This document shows positions 55,608 to 64,000 of a stretch of 64,000 nucleotides of DNA, one piece after another. The notes under the pieces were generated by a model. That model was not told where the DNA came from and searched no databases. It saw nothing but the letters and a program-made list of their open reading frames with translations. Made by a program: the position numbers and the translations under genes. Where the stretch lies: the IMG/VR virus record IMGVR_UViG_3300037086_000360, positions 186,001 to 250,000 of that record; one strand, 5' to 3'. The first letter of the stretch is position 1, and the number at the start of each line of letters is the position of its first letter.

Positions 55608-56123
55608 ATACCACTGACGATCTACAAAGACAGTCGTTTTGTATACGCTAAGACATTCCATCCGAATGTCAAAAGGGACCGTCATAGGAAAGCACAAGAA
55701 CTGAAGAGAAAGCAGTTACTTTATACTGAGAATTGGGATGAGATTCGACATAAAGTCTATGAGCGCGACGGCCATCGTTGTGTGATTTGTGGGAAGAGGG
55801 GCAAGCTACATGCGCATCATATCGTTCCAGTCAAGTTGAGTCATGATAATAGCATGACCAACCTTGTGACCTTGTGCAATAAACACCACCTGAAATTGGA
55901 AAAGATTGGCTTTGCCATACTAGAAAGAGGCGGAGGAAGAACAGATGTAAGAAGGACAGAGCTTCAAATAATTATGGAAGCGAGAAAAGAACGCTTTCAA
56001 AAGCTGATCGAGAATCGTGATAAAATAGAGTCAAAGGAGAAAATACTTGAGCGACCAGTTGCAAATGAAAGCGATGCTTCAGATCATAAAGACGCTGAAG
56101 GAAATGTCGCAGAAAATGGATAA
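55608..56123 (+). CDS. HNH endonuclease (probable non-ATG start)
   Basis: Open frame from ATA 55608 after GGGGGTGA: NWDEIRHKVYERDGHRCVICG..LHAHHI..NLVTLCNKHH. Confidence 0.82.
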   Translation: MPLTIYKDSRFVYAKTFHPNVKRDRHRKAQELKRKQLLYTENWDEIRHKVYERDGHRCVICGKRGKLHAHHIVPVKLSHDNSMTNLVTLCNKHHLKLEKIGFAILERGGGRTDVRRTELQIIMEARKERFQKLIENRDKIESKEKILERPVANESDASDHKDAEGNVAENG

Positions 56124-56195
56124 CATTGCGGAGGTCATGGATACTTTGCTTGATATTGAAGTCAAGAAGGTCGAGGCCGAAAAAAGAGGATTCTA

Positions 56196-56417
56196 ATGAA
56201 AATAGAAAAACTTGTAAGCCATCTCGCTGAGAAAGAAGCGCTCGAACTCAAAAACATCGTCGATGACATTAGAGACGAAAAAACTCTTTTGAAGGTTGTG
56301 GCCGACGTTGCAAAAATTTACGATGATTGCTGCATGGCCAAAAATCGCAATTTGATAGAGTCGACGTGCGTGCATAATAGAGCTCGAAAGTATTTGGATG
56401 GGAATAAGGAGGACTAA
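56196..56417 (+). CDS. Hypothetical protein (paralog of 56769-56990)
   Basis: KIYDDCCMA..CVH.RARK. Confidence 0.65.
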   Translation: MKIEKLVSHLAEKEALELKNIVDDIRDEKTLLKVVADVAKIYDDCCMAKNRNLIESTCVHNRARKYLDGNKED

Positions 56418-56765
56418 ATGAATACTGAAGAAAATAGAGAGCTAAAAAATTTGGATGAGTATTTGAATGAACTCGAATACGTCGATTTTCAGGGAGATCC
56501 AGATCCAGCTAAACAAATGAAGGCTCAACTAATCAAGAATATTGGTCTCGAGGGACTCACGGTGAAGGAACTACCAGATGAACAGTATCAATTGACCTGG
56601 AAAGGAAAAACAGAAACCTACGATTTCGAAAATCTTTTGAAAAAATTGATTGAGCTTGCTAAAACCACTACTGCCGCTGAGCGCAAGGCACAAGCCCAGC
56701 CAACACCTCCGTCTCCAGCACCGGCTCCAGTAAAGGCGAACGTACCGGCTCAAGTTCAGGTATAA
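56418..56765 (+). CDS. Hypothetical protein
   Basis: AAGGAGG RBS. Confidence 0.65.
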   Translation: MNTEENRELKNLDEYLNELEYVDFQGDPDPAKQMKAQLIKNIGLEGLTVKELPDEQYQLTWKGKTETYDFENLLKKLIELAKTTTAAERKAQAQPTPPSPAPAPVKANVPAQVQV

Positions 56766-56768
56766 GAA

Positions 56769-56990
56769 ATGGAACTAGATAATTTGATCGAGAAGATAAA
56801 GGAACAACCCTTTATCACCTACAAAAAAATTGTTGGTGAGATCAAGGACGAAGCAACTCTCAAAAAGATTATCACAGATCTTTCTAAAATCTATGACGAT
56901 TGTTGCATGGCTGTTGCTTTGAGGCCAGTGAATCCTGATTGCATTCACATCAAAGCTCGCAAAGCTCTTGCTGAAGAGGAGGGCAAATAA
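56769..56990 (+). CDS. Hypothetical protein (paralog of 56196-56417)
   Basis: KIYDDCCMA..CIH.KARK. Confidence 0.65.
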   Translation: MELDNLIEKIKEQPFITYKKIVGEIKDEATLKKIITDLSKIYDDCCMAVALRPVNPDCIHIKARKALAEEEGK

Positions 56991-56991
56991 G

Positions 56992-57411
56992 ATGGAATTA
57001 GATAGATTTTCCACTCATCTTGAAAAGATGGATGAGTTCATAGATCCAATGGTTGCCGGAGAACTTATAGGTACAGCCATAAGTCTACCTCTCTGTGCTT
57101 TGCTTGGTTTTGTTCTTGGGGCATATGGCCGCGCAAATCTATTAAAAAAAGATGATGTGACGGCTACAGCATATCTCAAAGATGCTATCAAGACATTTTT
57201 TCAAAAGGGAGATCTCAGAAAACACATGAAGAATGTAGATAAAGAGACTCTTACACAGATGACTAAAAAGCATAGGAAACTTGCTGACAGTATGCGAACA
57301 TATATTAAGAAGCCTAACGATTATGATCTGTACGAAATGGCTGGATATCTCCAGCGCATGAGCAAAGAAGATCGAGAAGAAGCGATGAATATGATTAAAG
57401 GAAAAAGCTAA
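56992..57411 (+). CDS. Hypothetical protein (paralog of next gene)
   Basis: KKDDVTATAYLKDAIKTFF. Confidence 0.65.
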   Translation: MELDRFSTHLEKMDEFIDPMVAGELIGTAISLPLCALLGFVLGAYGRANLLKKDDVTATAYLKDAIKTFFQKGDLRKHMKNVDKETLTQMTKKHRKLADSMRTYIKKPNDYDLYEMAGYLQRMSKEDREEAMNMIKGKS

Positions 57412-57902
57412 TGAACCTTAGTTTGGATCAAATAGTAAATGGTGCTATTGATAAAAAGGCACTAGAAAGACAGAGAAAGATTATCGCTCGACACGATTAC
57501 ACCAACCCAAAGAAAGTTGTTGAACCTATCAACTCCAACATTTCAGAGGAATTGGTTGGTGCCCCAGTGGGATTGCCCATTGCAGCACTAATCGATTATG
57601 TAAATAAGTGGGTTAGTGAATCAGCACTTCGAAAGAAGGATGATGTGACTACTATGGCCTATCTCAAAGAACGAATTCAAACATTCTTTGAAGAGGAGAC
57701 ATTGAAGAAGTATATTAAGGAGCTTGATAAGGTTGCTATTATGAGAATAGCTGAGAAACATCAGAAACTTGGATCATCTATAAAATCGTATATTAAGGAA
57801 CAAAACGAGGACGCTCTGGAAGGAATGGTGAAATACTTTTTAAAAATGACTAAAGAAGAGCGTCGAGAAACTATGAAACTGATTAGAGGAGAAAGTAAAT
57901 GA
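57411..57902 (+). CDS. Hypothetical protein (paralog of preceding gene)
   Basis: KKDDVTTMAYLKERIQTFF. Confidence 0.65.
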   Translation: MNLSLDQIVNGAIDKKALERQRKIIARHDYTNPKKVVEPINSNISEELVGAPVGLPIAALIDYVNKWVSESALRKKDDVTTMAYLKERIQTFFEEETLKKYIKELDKVAIMRIAEKHQKLGSSIKSYIKEQNEDALEGMVKYFLKMTKEERRETMKLIRGESK

Positions 57903-58072
57903 ACCTAGAAGAATTGTTGAACAGTGTTCTTGGCGAAGCTATGGGAAAGAAGGAGAAGAAGGGCAAGAAGGATCATTGTGAGTGTGGTGAGAAGATGGGA
58001 AAAGATGGAAAATGTCCAAAGTGTGACGGCGACGAAGACGAAAAGTAAATATATAACTAACGGAGAACTCTA

Positions 58073-58309
58073 ATGGCAGAAGACAACAAGGGCGTTGTCG
58101 CGCAGTACAATAAAAGTCCTGTCACTCAGCGTGATTATTACTATGATTACGAAACGACTGATAAGGAAGCAAAAGATAAGTATGCGGACAGTATGTTTAA
58201 TCTCAAGAAAACAAATGATGGACTCAAGAAAGAACTCGAGTCTGAGAAGGCTGCAAAGTGGAAAGAAGAAAAAGTTGAGGTAGAACAAAAGCCCATTACG
58301 AAAAAGTAG
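58073..58309 (+). CDS. Hypothetical protein
   Basis: GGAG RBS. Confidence 0.55.
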   Translation: MAEDNKGVVAQYNKSPVTQRDYYYDYETTDKEAKDKYADSMFNLKKTNDGLKKELESEKAAKWKEEKVEVEQKPITKK

Positions 58310-58312
58310 TAA

Positions 58313-58930
58313 ATGAATGTTTTATATAATGCTTTGGTACAAACCCTCAGAAAGCAATATGGCGCTAACTCGAGGGTTGTGCCGTTCGCTTTAGGAAGAG
58401 TCTATGAATGTGCCTACAGAAACTGGAAACACGATCCTAGCCCTCTTGTTTTTATAGTAGGCTCGGACGCATTTCACACAATAGGCATCAACATTCACTA
58501 TGTAAGGGGTTTTGAAACAAATCTGATACAGTTTATAATGTTGCTCAGAAACTCTCAAGCACTGATCAATGGTCTTACATTGTACCAGCTCCTAAAAACA
58601 AGAATTCCTATGATCCCCCAACTTGCATGCAGAATGTATTTTACTGCAATGTTGAGAGGAAGATTGGTTAGTGATGGAATTTCCCAGATTCCATCTCCCA
58701 ATGTAGCAACCTTTATAAGAGATCCTTGGGTGAGAAGATTAAATAATTTGATCAGACCAAGGATTTTTTCCTTTAGAAAAACTGAAGTGAATCCGCAGGA
58801 TGCAGCATCAATAAGAAGTCAAGCTATTCAAACTCAATATAATGCCGACGCGGCAAAACCTTTTGCAAATAGAAATCAAGGAAATATAGTTCAGTATCTG
58901 CCTCCTGAAGAAGGAGAGGGGAATAAGTAA
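58313..58930 (+). CDS. DNA end protector-like protein (T4 gp2-like)
   Basis: HDPSPLVFIVG..IGINIHY resembles the gp2 DxxPL..GxNxHY motif; lies before tail genes. Confidence 0.55.
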   Translation: MNVLYNALVQTLRKQYGANSRVVPFALGRVYECAYRNWKHDPSPLVFIVGSDAFHTIGINIHYVRGFETNLIQFIMLLRNSQALINGLTLYQLLKTRIPMIPQLACRMYFTAMLRGRLVSDGISQIPSPNVATFIRDPWVRRLNNLIRPRIFSFRKTEVNPQDAASIRSQAIQTQYNADAAKPFANRNQGNIVQYLPPEEGEGNK

Positions 58931-60663
58931 TGGCTCTCAAAGACCCAGCTCCATGTAATTGGCTTGATGAAGGTAGAATCACGGCGAATTCTTATCCATA
59001 TCTCGAGGTCACCTTTGGACAAAGTGAAGATATGGATAAGGATCCACCGAAGGGCGCCACCCGTTGGCCGCGCTTTACAATTTCTAGTGAATTTTACAAA
59101 AATGCAACTCAAAATGACAAAATGACTGGTGGCGCGGGCATCATCGATGCTGAAATTGAAGGATTCTCTCCAGGAGCAAGAAACGGTCACATCTCAATCA
59201 TCGATCCAACTGGAGCTTGGGCGAGCGCTATTCAGAAAATCACATCACAAGATTATTCTATGATGGGATATGCACCAGGAGCCAATATTCATCTAACCTA
59301 TGGATGGAAATATTTGGCTCTCGGACCAAATATGGAAGGAAAACAAGATCGAGATTATTTAGCACACTTAGATGCCCTGTATTTAGACTCTGCATTTGAT
59401 TTAACTGATGATGGTGTTATGACGGTTAAAATTAACTTTGTTGAATTCGCTTCTCGAATTGTTGATATGATCAAATTTTCAAGTCCAGATGATATGATGG
59501 TTGGAAACACCCATAGTCTTTTTGATGGTGGTAAAAGCGATATTAAAGATCATGTGCCCCAAAATCTAATGAAGTATTTGCTCAACACCGACAGCCAAAA
59601 TACTAGTGCCGCGAAAGCGTTATTCAAACATAATGTTGAGATTGTTTTTTTGGGGGCAAATGAAACAAAGGAAATGAACAAGGATAAGTGGCCAGACATC
59701 AGATTTTCCACCACGCTTACCAGTTGGATTAATGCTCTTACTTCGATAATGGAAAGAAAAGATGCACCAGCGAGCAGTTCTCCTGAGAAATTTACATATT
59801 CATATGAAAAATTTTTGACCATCAAGTGGTCAAAAAACTTAAAAAATTCATCCATGGATGCAATTGCTGGTAAAATAGGAGATCTCAATTTAAAAGAGGG
59901 CTTTAATTACGTTTTCTATGATTGGAGAGCTTCTCCAGAGGATGCAGGAGATACAAAAGATCAAAACTCTCCCATCATTCCAAATGCCATGATAATGTGG
60001 GCTGGCCCCACTCTCTTATATAAAGGGATGAGAAAAAAGGGAAGTGAAAAGGTATTGTTGGGGTGGACGTCTGATCTATCATCTTATCCAGCTATTCTCC
60101 AACTTCTAGGTACAACTCTAAATTCTACGATGAAAACTTATGTAGAAGATGATTGGAAGAATCTTGAATCAGCATTGAACAAGGGGTATATCGAGAATAA
60201 TACTAGCAAACATACAACTCCATATATTGCTTCCCAGACGGCGGCCTATGCAGTAGGCGATGGAGGTGCGGGTGAAGTAGATACTCAAGCTGCTCTGAAA
60301 ATGATAAATAGTTTGGGTTCATCTACAGATCAACAAAATGGTGCAATGTTATCTATGAATTCAAATGCACAGATCAGATCTGTTATTAGAAATAATCTTT
60401 TCAACGCTACGGCCACAATAATGGGTGATCCATCAATGGGGTATTTATTTATACCGATGAGTAGTGTTCTTGTTACAGACTTTAGTGCAGTGAGTGCTTT
60501 GGCTTCCGATTTTTTTAGTAGAGGATGGTATTTGGGAACTTCAACTCATAAGTTTGAAGCTGGAAAATATACAACCGAATTGAAAATTGTAGGATTCCCC
60601 AGTGTGAATTCGCCGGTAGGTGATAAGGATGCTGAGAAATTGTGGGAAATGCAACATACTTGA
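58930..60663 (+). CDS. Baseplate hub-like / late control D-like tail protein
   Basis: IHLTYGW, ATIMGDP, GWYLGTSTHKF..YTTELK; adjacent to the tape-measure-like gene. Confidence 0.55.
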   Translation: MALKDPAPCNWLDEGRITANSYPYLEVTFGQSEDMDKDPPKGATRWPRFTISSEFYKNATQNDKMTGGAGIIDAEIEGFSPGARNGHISIIDPTGAWASAIQKITSQDYSMMGYAPGANIHLTYGWKYLALGPNMEGKQDRDYLAHLDALYLDSAFDLTDDGVMTVKINFVEFASRIVDMIKFSSPDDMMVGNTHSLFDGGKSDIKDHVPQNLMKYLLNTDSQNTSAAKALFKHNVEIVFLGANETKEMNKDKWPDIRFSTTLTSWINALTSIMERKDAPASSSPEKFTYSYEKFLTIKWSKNLKNSSMDAIAGKIGDLNLKEGFNYVFYDWRASPEDAGDTKDQNSPIIPNAMIMWAGPTLLYKGMRKKGSEKVLLGWTSDLSSYPAILQLLGTTLNSTMKTYVEDDWKNLESALNKGYIENNTSKHTTPYIASQTAAYAVGDGGAGEVDTQAALKMINSLGSSTDQQNGAMLSMNSNAQIRSVIRNNLFNATATIMGDPSMGYLFIPMSSVLVTDFSAVSALASDFFSRGWYLGTSTHKFEAGKYTTELKIVGFPSVNSPVGDKDAEKLWEMQHT

Positions 60664-60672
60664 AGAAATTAA

Positions 60673-63600
60673 ATGCCTAAAATAGCTTTGGAATTCAATC
60701 TAGCTTTTAGAACCTCAACAAAAGAACTTCAAAAAGGTTTGAAGACTGCCTCTAGTATGATGAGTGATCTGACAAAGTCAGCAGGACAATTGATTAGTGA
60801 ATTTGGCGGTGGACTCGAGAAGAAAATTATTGATGAATTTGGTGCCCATGGTCCAATGATAGGCACCTTTAAGCAAAGTATTGCTGAAATAGGAAAGAAT
60901 TTAAAAGACACTGTCGCTTCTTCTACAAAAGGAATTAGTGCTGGAGCGACCGACATTTTACAGAAAGCTCAATTTATTCACGTTTCAGAGGGAATAGAAA
61001 GCATTAATAAGGCCATGGGAAGAATGGTCGAGGGATTTGGTGTTGCTGGAGCAGAGGGCCAAAAAATGATGGTTGAAATGACAGCCGCCATGGCAGGTTT
61101 GACATCTAAAGACAATATTCAATACTTCAATCAATTCGTAAAACAATCTGAAAATCTGCGACGGAATATGGACGACTTTACTCCACAGCGTTTTGGAAAA
61201 ATAGCCGGAAATTTTGAAAAAATACAAACAGCATCACATATAATTGCTGAACTTCAGAAGAAAATATCACTATCAACTGGAATAGAAAAGAAAAATCTCG
61301 AAGAGACTCTCACCGCCCAACAAAAATCCATTAAAAATCTCATAAGAGAGAATGATGCTTTGGCAAAACAGGGTGAGATGATTAATCGAATCAAAGAAAA
61401 AGCAAAAGATCTTTTTGGGAAACTAAAAATGCTCGCTGGAGTTGCCAGTCTTGCCGACATTGTGAAACGTGCGGCAGAGGCTCAAAACAATGCAGCTAGA
61501 ATAGCTTTCAAAACTGGAATCAATGGCATCGCAGCTGTAGATGATGCCATGGGTCAATTTGTCAAAACTAATCAGAATTACTCTGATCAAGTTGGTCGAG
61601 CATCATTATTAATGGGAAATGCCATGACTCAAGCCGCTGGGGAAGTGAGCGCCAATACTGCTGATATCGCTGAAAGTTGGGGCGAGTTGGCCTCTCTAAG
61701 AGTGAGAGGACCCATTAGTGAGATGAAGGATTTGACTGAAATCAGTTATCAAATGCAAAAAGCATTTGGTATTTCTTCTGGAGAAGCTGCTAATTTTATT
61801 CGTGACTTGAAGGTTATTGGAGGTCTTGGAACAAAAGAAATTAAATCTGCTGCCGAAGGTTTGCTCGGAGTTCAGAGAGAACTTGGTCTCATGCCTGGTG
61901 AGGCAAGAGAAGTTAGTGCTACTGTCGGTGTCGTGATGCGACAAATAAGAGCGTTTGGTGGATCTGCAAAAAACATTAGCGTAGTCACAAAGGAAATTGG
62001 AAAATTGGTGGCCACGTTTGGAGACGTGGGTCTTGAAGCCTCTGATGCTACGAAAATGATTGAACAGATGATGGACCCATCTAAGATTAATGACAATATT
62101 ATGCTGTGGCATGGATTAGGAATGACGGCTCAAGAGGGAATGCAAATGGCAATGGGTGAGGGTAAAAATATGGCTGGAATGACCACTAAAATGGTTGGTT
62201 TGGCTAAAAGTTTGAAAGCCCAGGCCGGTGGTAACTATATAGTGTTAGATTCTTTAGCCAAAATGTATGGAATGACATATCAACAGGTCATGGCATTGAC
62301 TCAAGCTGAGGTAAAAAGAACTGATAAACAAATAGCTGATGCGAAATTACAAGAAGCCGCCGCAGCGGCACAGAGAGGTATTCTCGATCAATTAAAGCGC
62401 GCGTGGAATAGTATCGCGGTCATAGTTGATAAAGCTGTACTTCCAGCCATAAGCGGTATCAGTTGGGTATTAGAAAAAGTATTGCCCCTTGTCACAAAAC
62501 TTGCCGGTGCCTTTGATACCACTAAAGAAAAAGCAGGATCATTCGGAATGATTTGGAAATGGATTGGAAAAATTGGAATTCCAGTAGTGGCATTTGGGAT
62601 GTTCAAGCTGATCAAAAATGGAAAACTTCTTGCTGGTGTTTTTGGTGAAAAGGGTCTTCTTAAATCTTTCGGAGCCTTGATCAAAAGAGCTCCAATCCTA
62701 AATAAGTTGTTCAAAAACATAAAGGTTCCTGAGGTACCGGGCGGAGCAGTTGGGACTAAGGGCGGAGGCATCTTCAAAGGCATCGCTGATGCACTCAAAG
62801 GTATTAAACCCGCTCAATTGCTAGCAATTGGTGCGGCCATCTTTTTCATAGCTGCCGGTATTGCACTTATCGTGTTTTCGGTTTCATTGTTGGCCAAAGC
62901 GCTTAAAGACTTGAATCTGGATCAATTGAATGCTCTTGTTCAAATCATGGCTATCACCATGGGTGGAATGATTGCAATCATGATTGTATTTGCAGTTGTT
63001 ATATTCTTGTTGGGATCAGCCGGATTGGCCGCCGCACCGGGTATTTTGGCCATTGGTGCCGCAATTTTCTTGATCGCAGCTGGTGTTGCTCTGATGATGT
63101 TTGCAATGGTTCTACTTATAAGAGAAATAGCTGGATTGGGTAAGAATATAATGCCTGCTGCTGTGGCTTTTGGAATGATGATTGTAATGTTGGCCGCCCT
63201 AACTATTGCTCTGTATTTCTTAATACCTGCAGTCATTGGACTAGGAGCTGCGGGATATGCATCAGCGGTAGGAATACTTGCTATTGGTGTTGCCATTTTT
63301 CTAATGGGAGCTGGGGCTGCTCTTGCTGGATTTGGTGTATTATTGATGGCTAAGGGTATGGTTCTGTTGGGACAGAATGCAGAAGCTGCGGTAAAAGGCG
63401 CCATGGCTCTCGTTGTTGCTCTTGCTGCCACTGCTCTTGCTTTATTTATTTTCATGAAAGCAGTGGGACCAGCGATTATAGCAATTGCTCTTTTGGCTGG
63501 CATGGCTTTGGTATTCTTCCTAGCAGGAAAGGCCGCACTTTGGCTTGCAGTTCCACTTGGAATAATTGCGCTATCATTAACCGCAATAGTTGGCATGACA

Positions 63601-64000
63601 GATTTGGCAGTTACGGCGTTAGGAAGGCTTGCCACCACTCTCAAGAGTCTTCCTAAAGGATTTGGTGTTAATTTTGCAGCTGAAATCAATATGATGACTA
63701 TGGCTCTTTTGAAATTTGCTGCTGTTGGAGCAATAGCTGCTCCAATTATGGCGATTACAGCTATTTTTGGAATTAAGGGAGCAGCTCCTGCAGGAGCTAC
63801 GACTGGAACAGCTGGTAGTAGTGGTGCCGTTGTAAGTGAATTACAAACCAGTAACCAGCATCTAGCTCTCATTGAAAAATACACTAGTATAACAAATGAT
63901 AAATTGGATGCAGTCGTAAATGCTCTTAAGACAACAGTGTCCAATACTCGACGCTCTAATATGTATGGTGTTGATAAGTCACTAGGAGCGACTGCTCCAG
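60673..64000 (+). CDS. Tail tape measure-like protein (3' end outside window; missing from ORF track)
   Basis: Frame open from ATG 60673 to the window end (about 1109 codons); Ala/Gly/Lys-rich helical sequence with a long hydrophobic multi-TM block near 62800-63780. Confidence 0.82.
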   Translation, partial: MPKIALEFNLAFRTSTKELQKGLKTASSMMSDLTKSAGQLISEFGGGLEKKIIDEFGAHGPMIGTFKQSIAEIGKNLKDTVASSTKGISAGATDILQKAQFIHVSEGIESINKAMGRMVEGFGVAGAEGQKMMVEMTAAMAGLTSKDNIQYFNQFVKQSENLRRNMDDFTPQRFGKIAGNFEKIQTASHIIAELQKKISLSTGIEKKNLEETLTAQQKSIKNLIRENDALAKQGEMINRIKEKAKDLFGKLKMLAGVASLADIVKRAAEAQNNAARIAFKTGINGIAAVDDAMGQFVKTNQNYSDQVGRASLLMGNAMTQAAGEVSANTADIAESWGELASLRVRGPISEMKDLTEISYQMQKAFGISSGEAANFIRDLKVIGGLGTKEIKSAAEGLLGVQRELGLMPGEAREVSATVGVVMRQIRAFGGSAKNISVVTKEIGKLVATFGDVGLEASDATKMIEQMMDPSKINDNIMLWHGLGMTAQEGMQMAMGEGKNMAGMTTKMVGLAKSLKAQAGGNYIVLDSLAKMYGMTYQQVMALTQAEVKRTDKQIADAKLQEAAAAAQRGILDQLKRAWNSIAVIVDKAVLPAISGISWVLEKVLPLVTKLAGAFDTTKEKAGSFGMIWKWIGKIGIPVVAFGMFKLIKNGKLLAGVFGEKGLLKSFGALIKRAPILNKLFKNIKVPEVPGGAVGTKGGGIFKGIADALKGIKPAQLLAIGAAIFFIAAGIALIVFSVSLLAKALKDLNLDQLNALVQIMAITMGGMIAIMIVFAVVIFLLGSAGLAAAPGILAIGAAIFLIAAGVALMMFAMVLLIREIAGLGKNIMPAAVAFGMMIVMLAALTIALYFLIPAVIGLGAAGYASAVGILAIGVAIFLMGAGAALAGFGVLLMAKGMVLLGQNAEAAVKGAMALVVALAATALALFIFMKAVGPAIIAIALLAGMALVFFLAGKAALWLAVPLGIIALSLTAIVGMTDLAVTALGRLATTLKSLPKGFGVNFAAEINMMTMALLKFAAVGAIAAPIMAITAIFGIKGAAPAGATTGTAGSSGAVVSELQTSNQHLALIEKYTSITNDKLDAVVNALKTTVSNTRRSNMYGVDKSLGATAP

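Noticed and set aside
62940-63944. 334-aa minus-strand Ala-rich ORF
   Set aside because: Antisense to the continuous plus-strand tape-measure-like ORF from 60673.
1-64000. Genome-wide TAG recoding suggested by the CUA tRNAs
   Set aside because: Conserved proteins (ClpP, FtsH, VWA proteins) end at TAG at expected lengths and long ORFs are not fragmented under the standard code.

Overview
The window reads as a 64-kb segment of a large, AT-rich, T4-like or jumbo tailed bacteriophage genome. Genes are densely packed, almost all on the + strand, and read in the standard code (TAG acts as a real stop). The left part is rich in RNA genes and translation quality-control functions: two PTH2-family peptidyl-tRNA hydrolases, two permuted tRNA-like (YrlA/Y-RNA-like) RNAs, tRNA-Asn, tRNA-Ser, two CUA-anticodon (amber suppressor-like) tRNAs, two tRNA mimics without a normal anticodon loop, a compact RNase P RNA, a compact tmRNA, FtsH, ClpP-like protease and KamA. 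It also carries a complete four-gene chaperone-usher (Csu/SCPU-type) pilus operon. The middle has two MoxR-like AAA+/metallopeptidase-VWA modules, a STAS protein, an SLT, and a thymidylate kinase whose 5' end is duplicated around a homing endonuclease. It also has arrays of small proteins that share C-terminal motifs. The right part has RuvC-like, PD-(D/E)xK, GIY-YIG, 5'-3' exonuclease and HNH nucleases and a Csx15-like protein. It ends with the start of a virion module: gp2-like DNA end protector, baseplate hub-like protein, and a tape-measure-like ORF running off the edge. Two short recurrent upstream motifs (AAGATA and GCATA-N-T) look like phage promoter classes. A spirochaete host is a tentative inference. 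All assignments come from motifs read by eye; no database searches were run.
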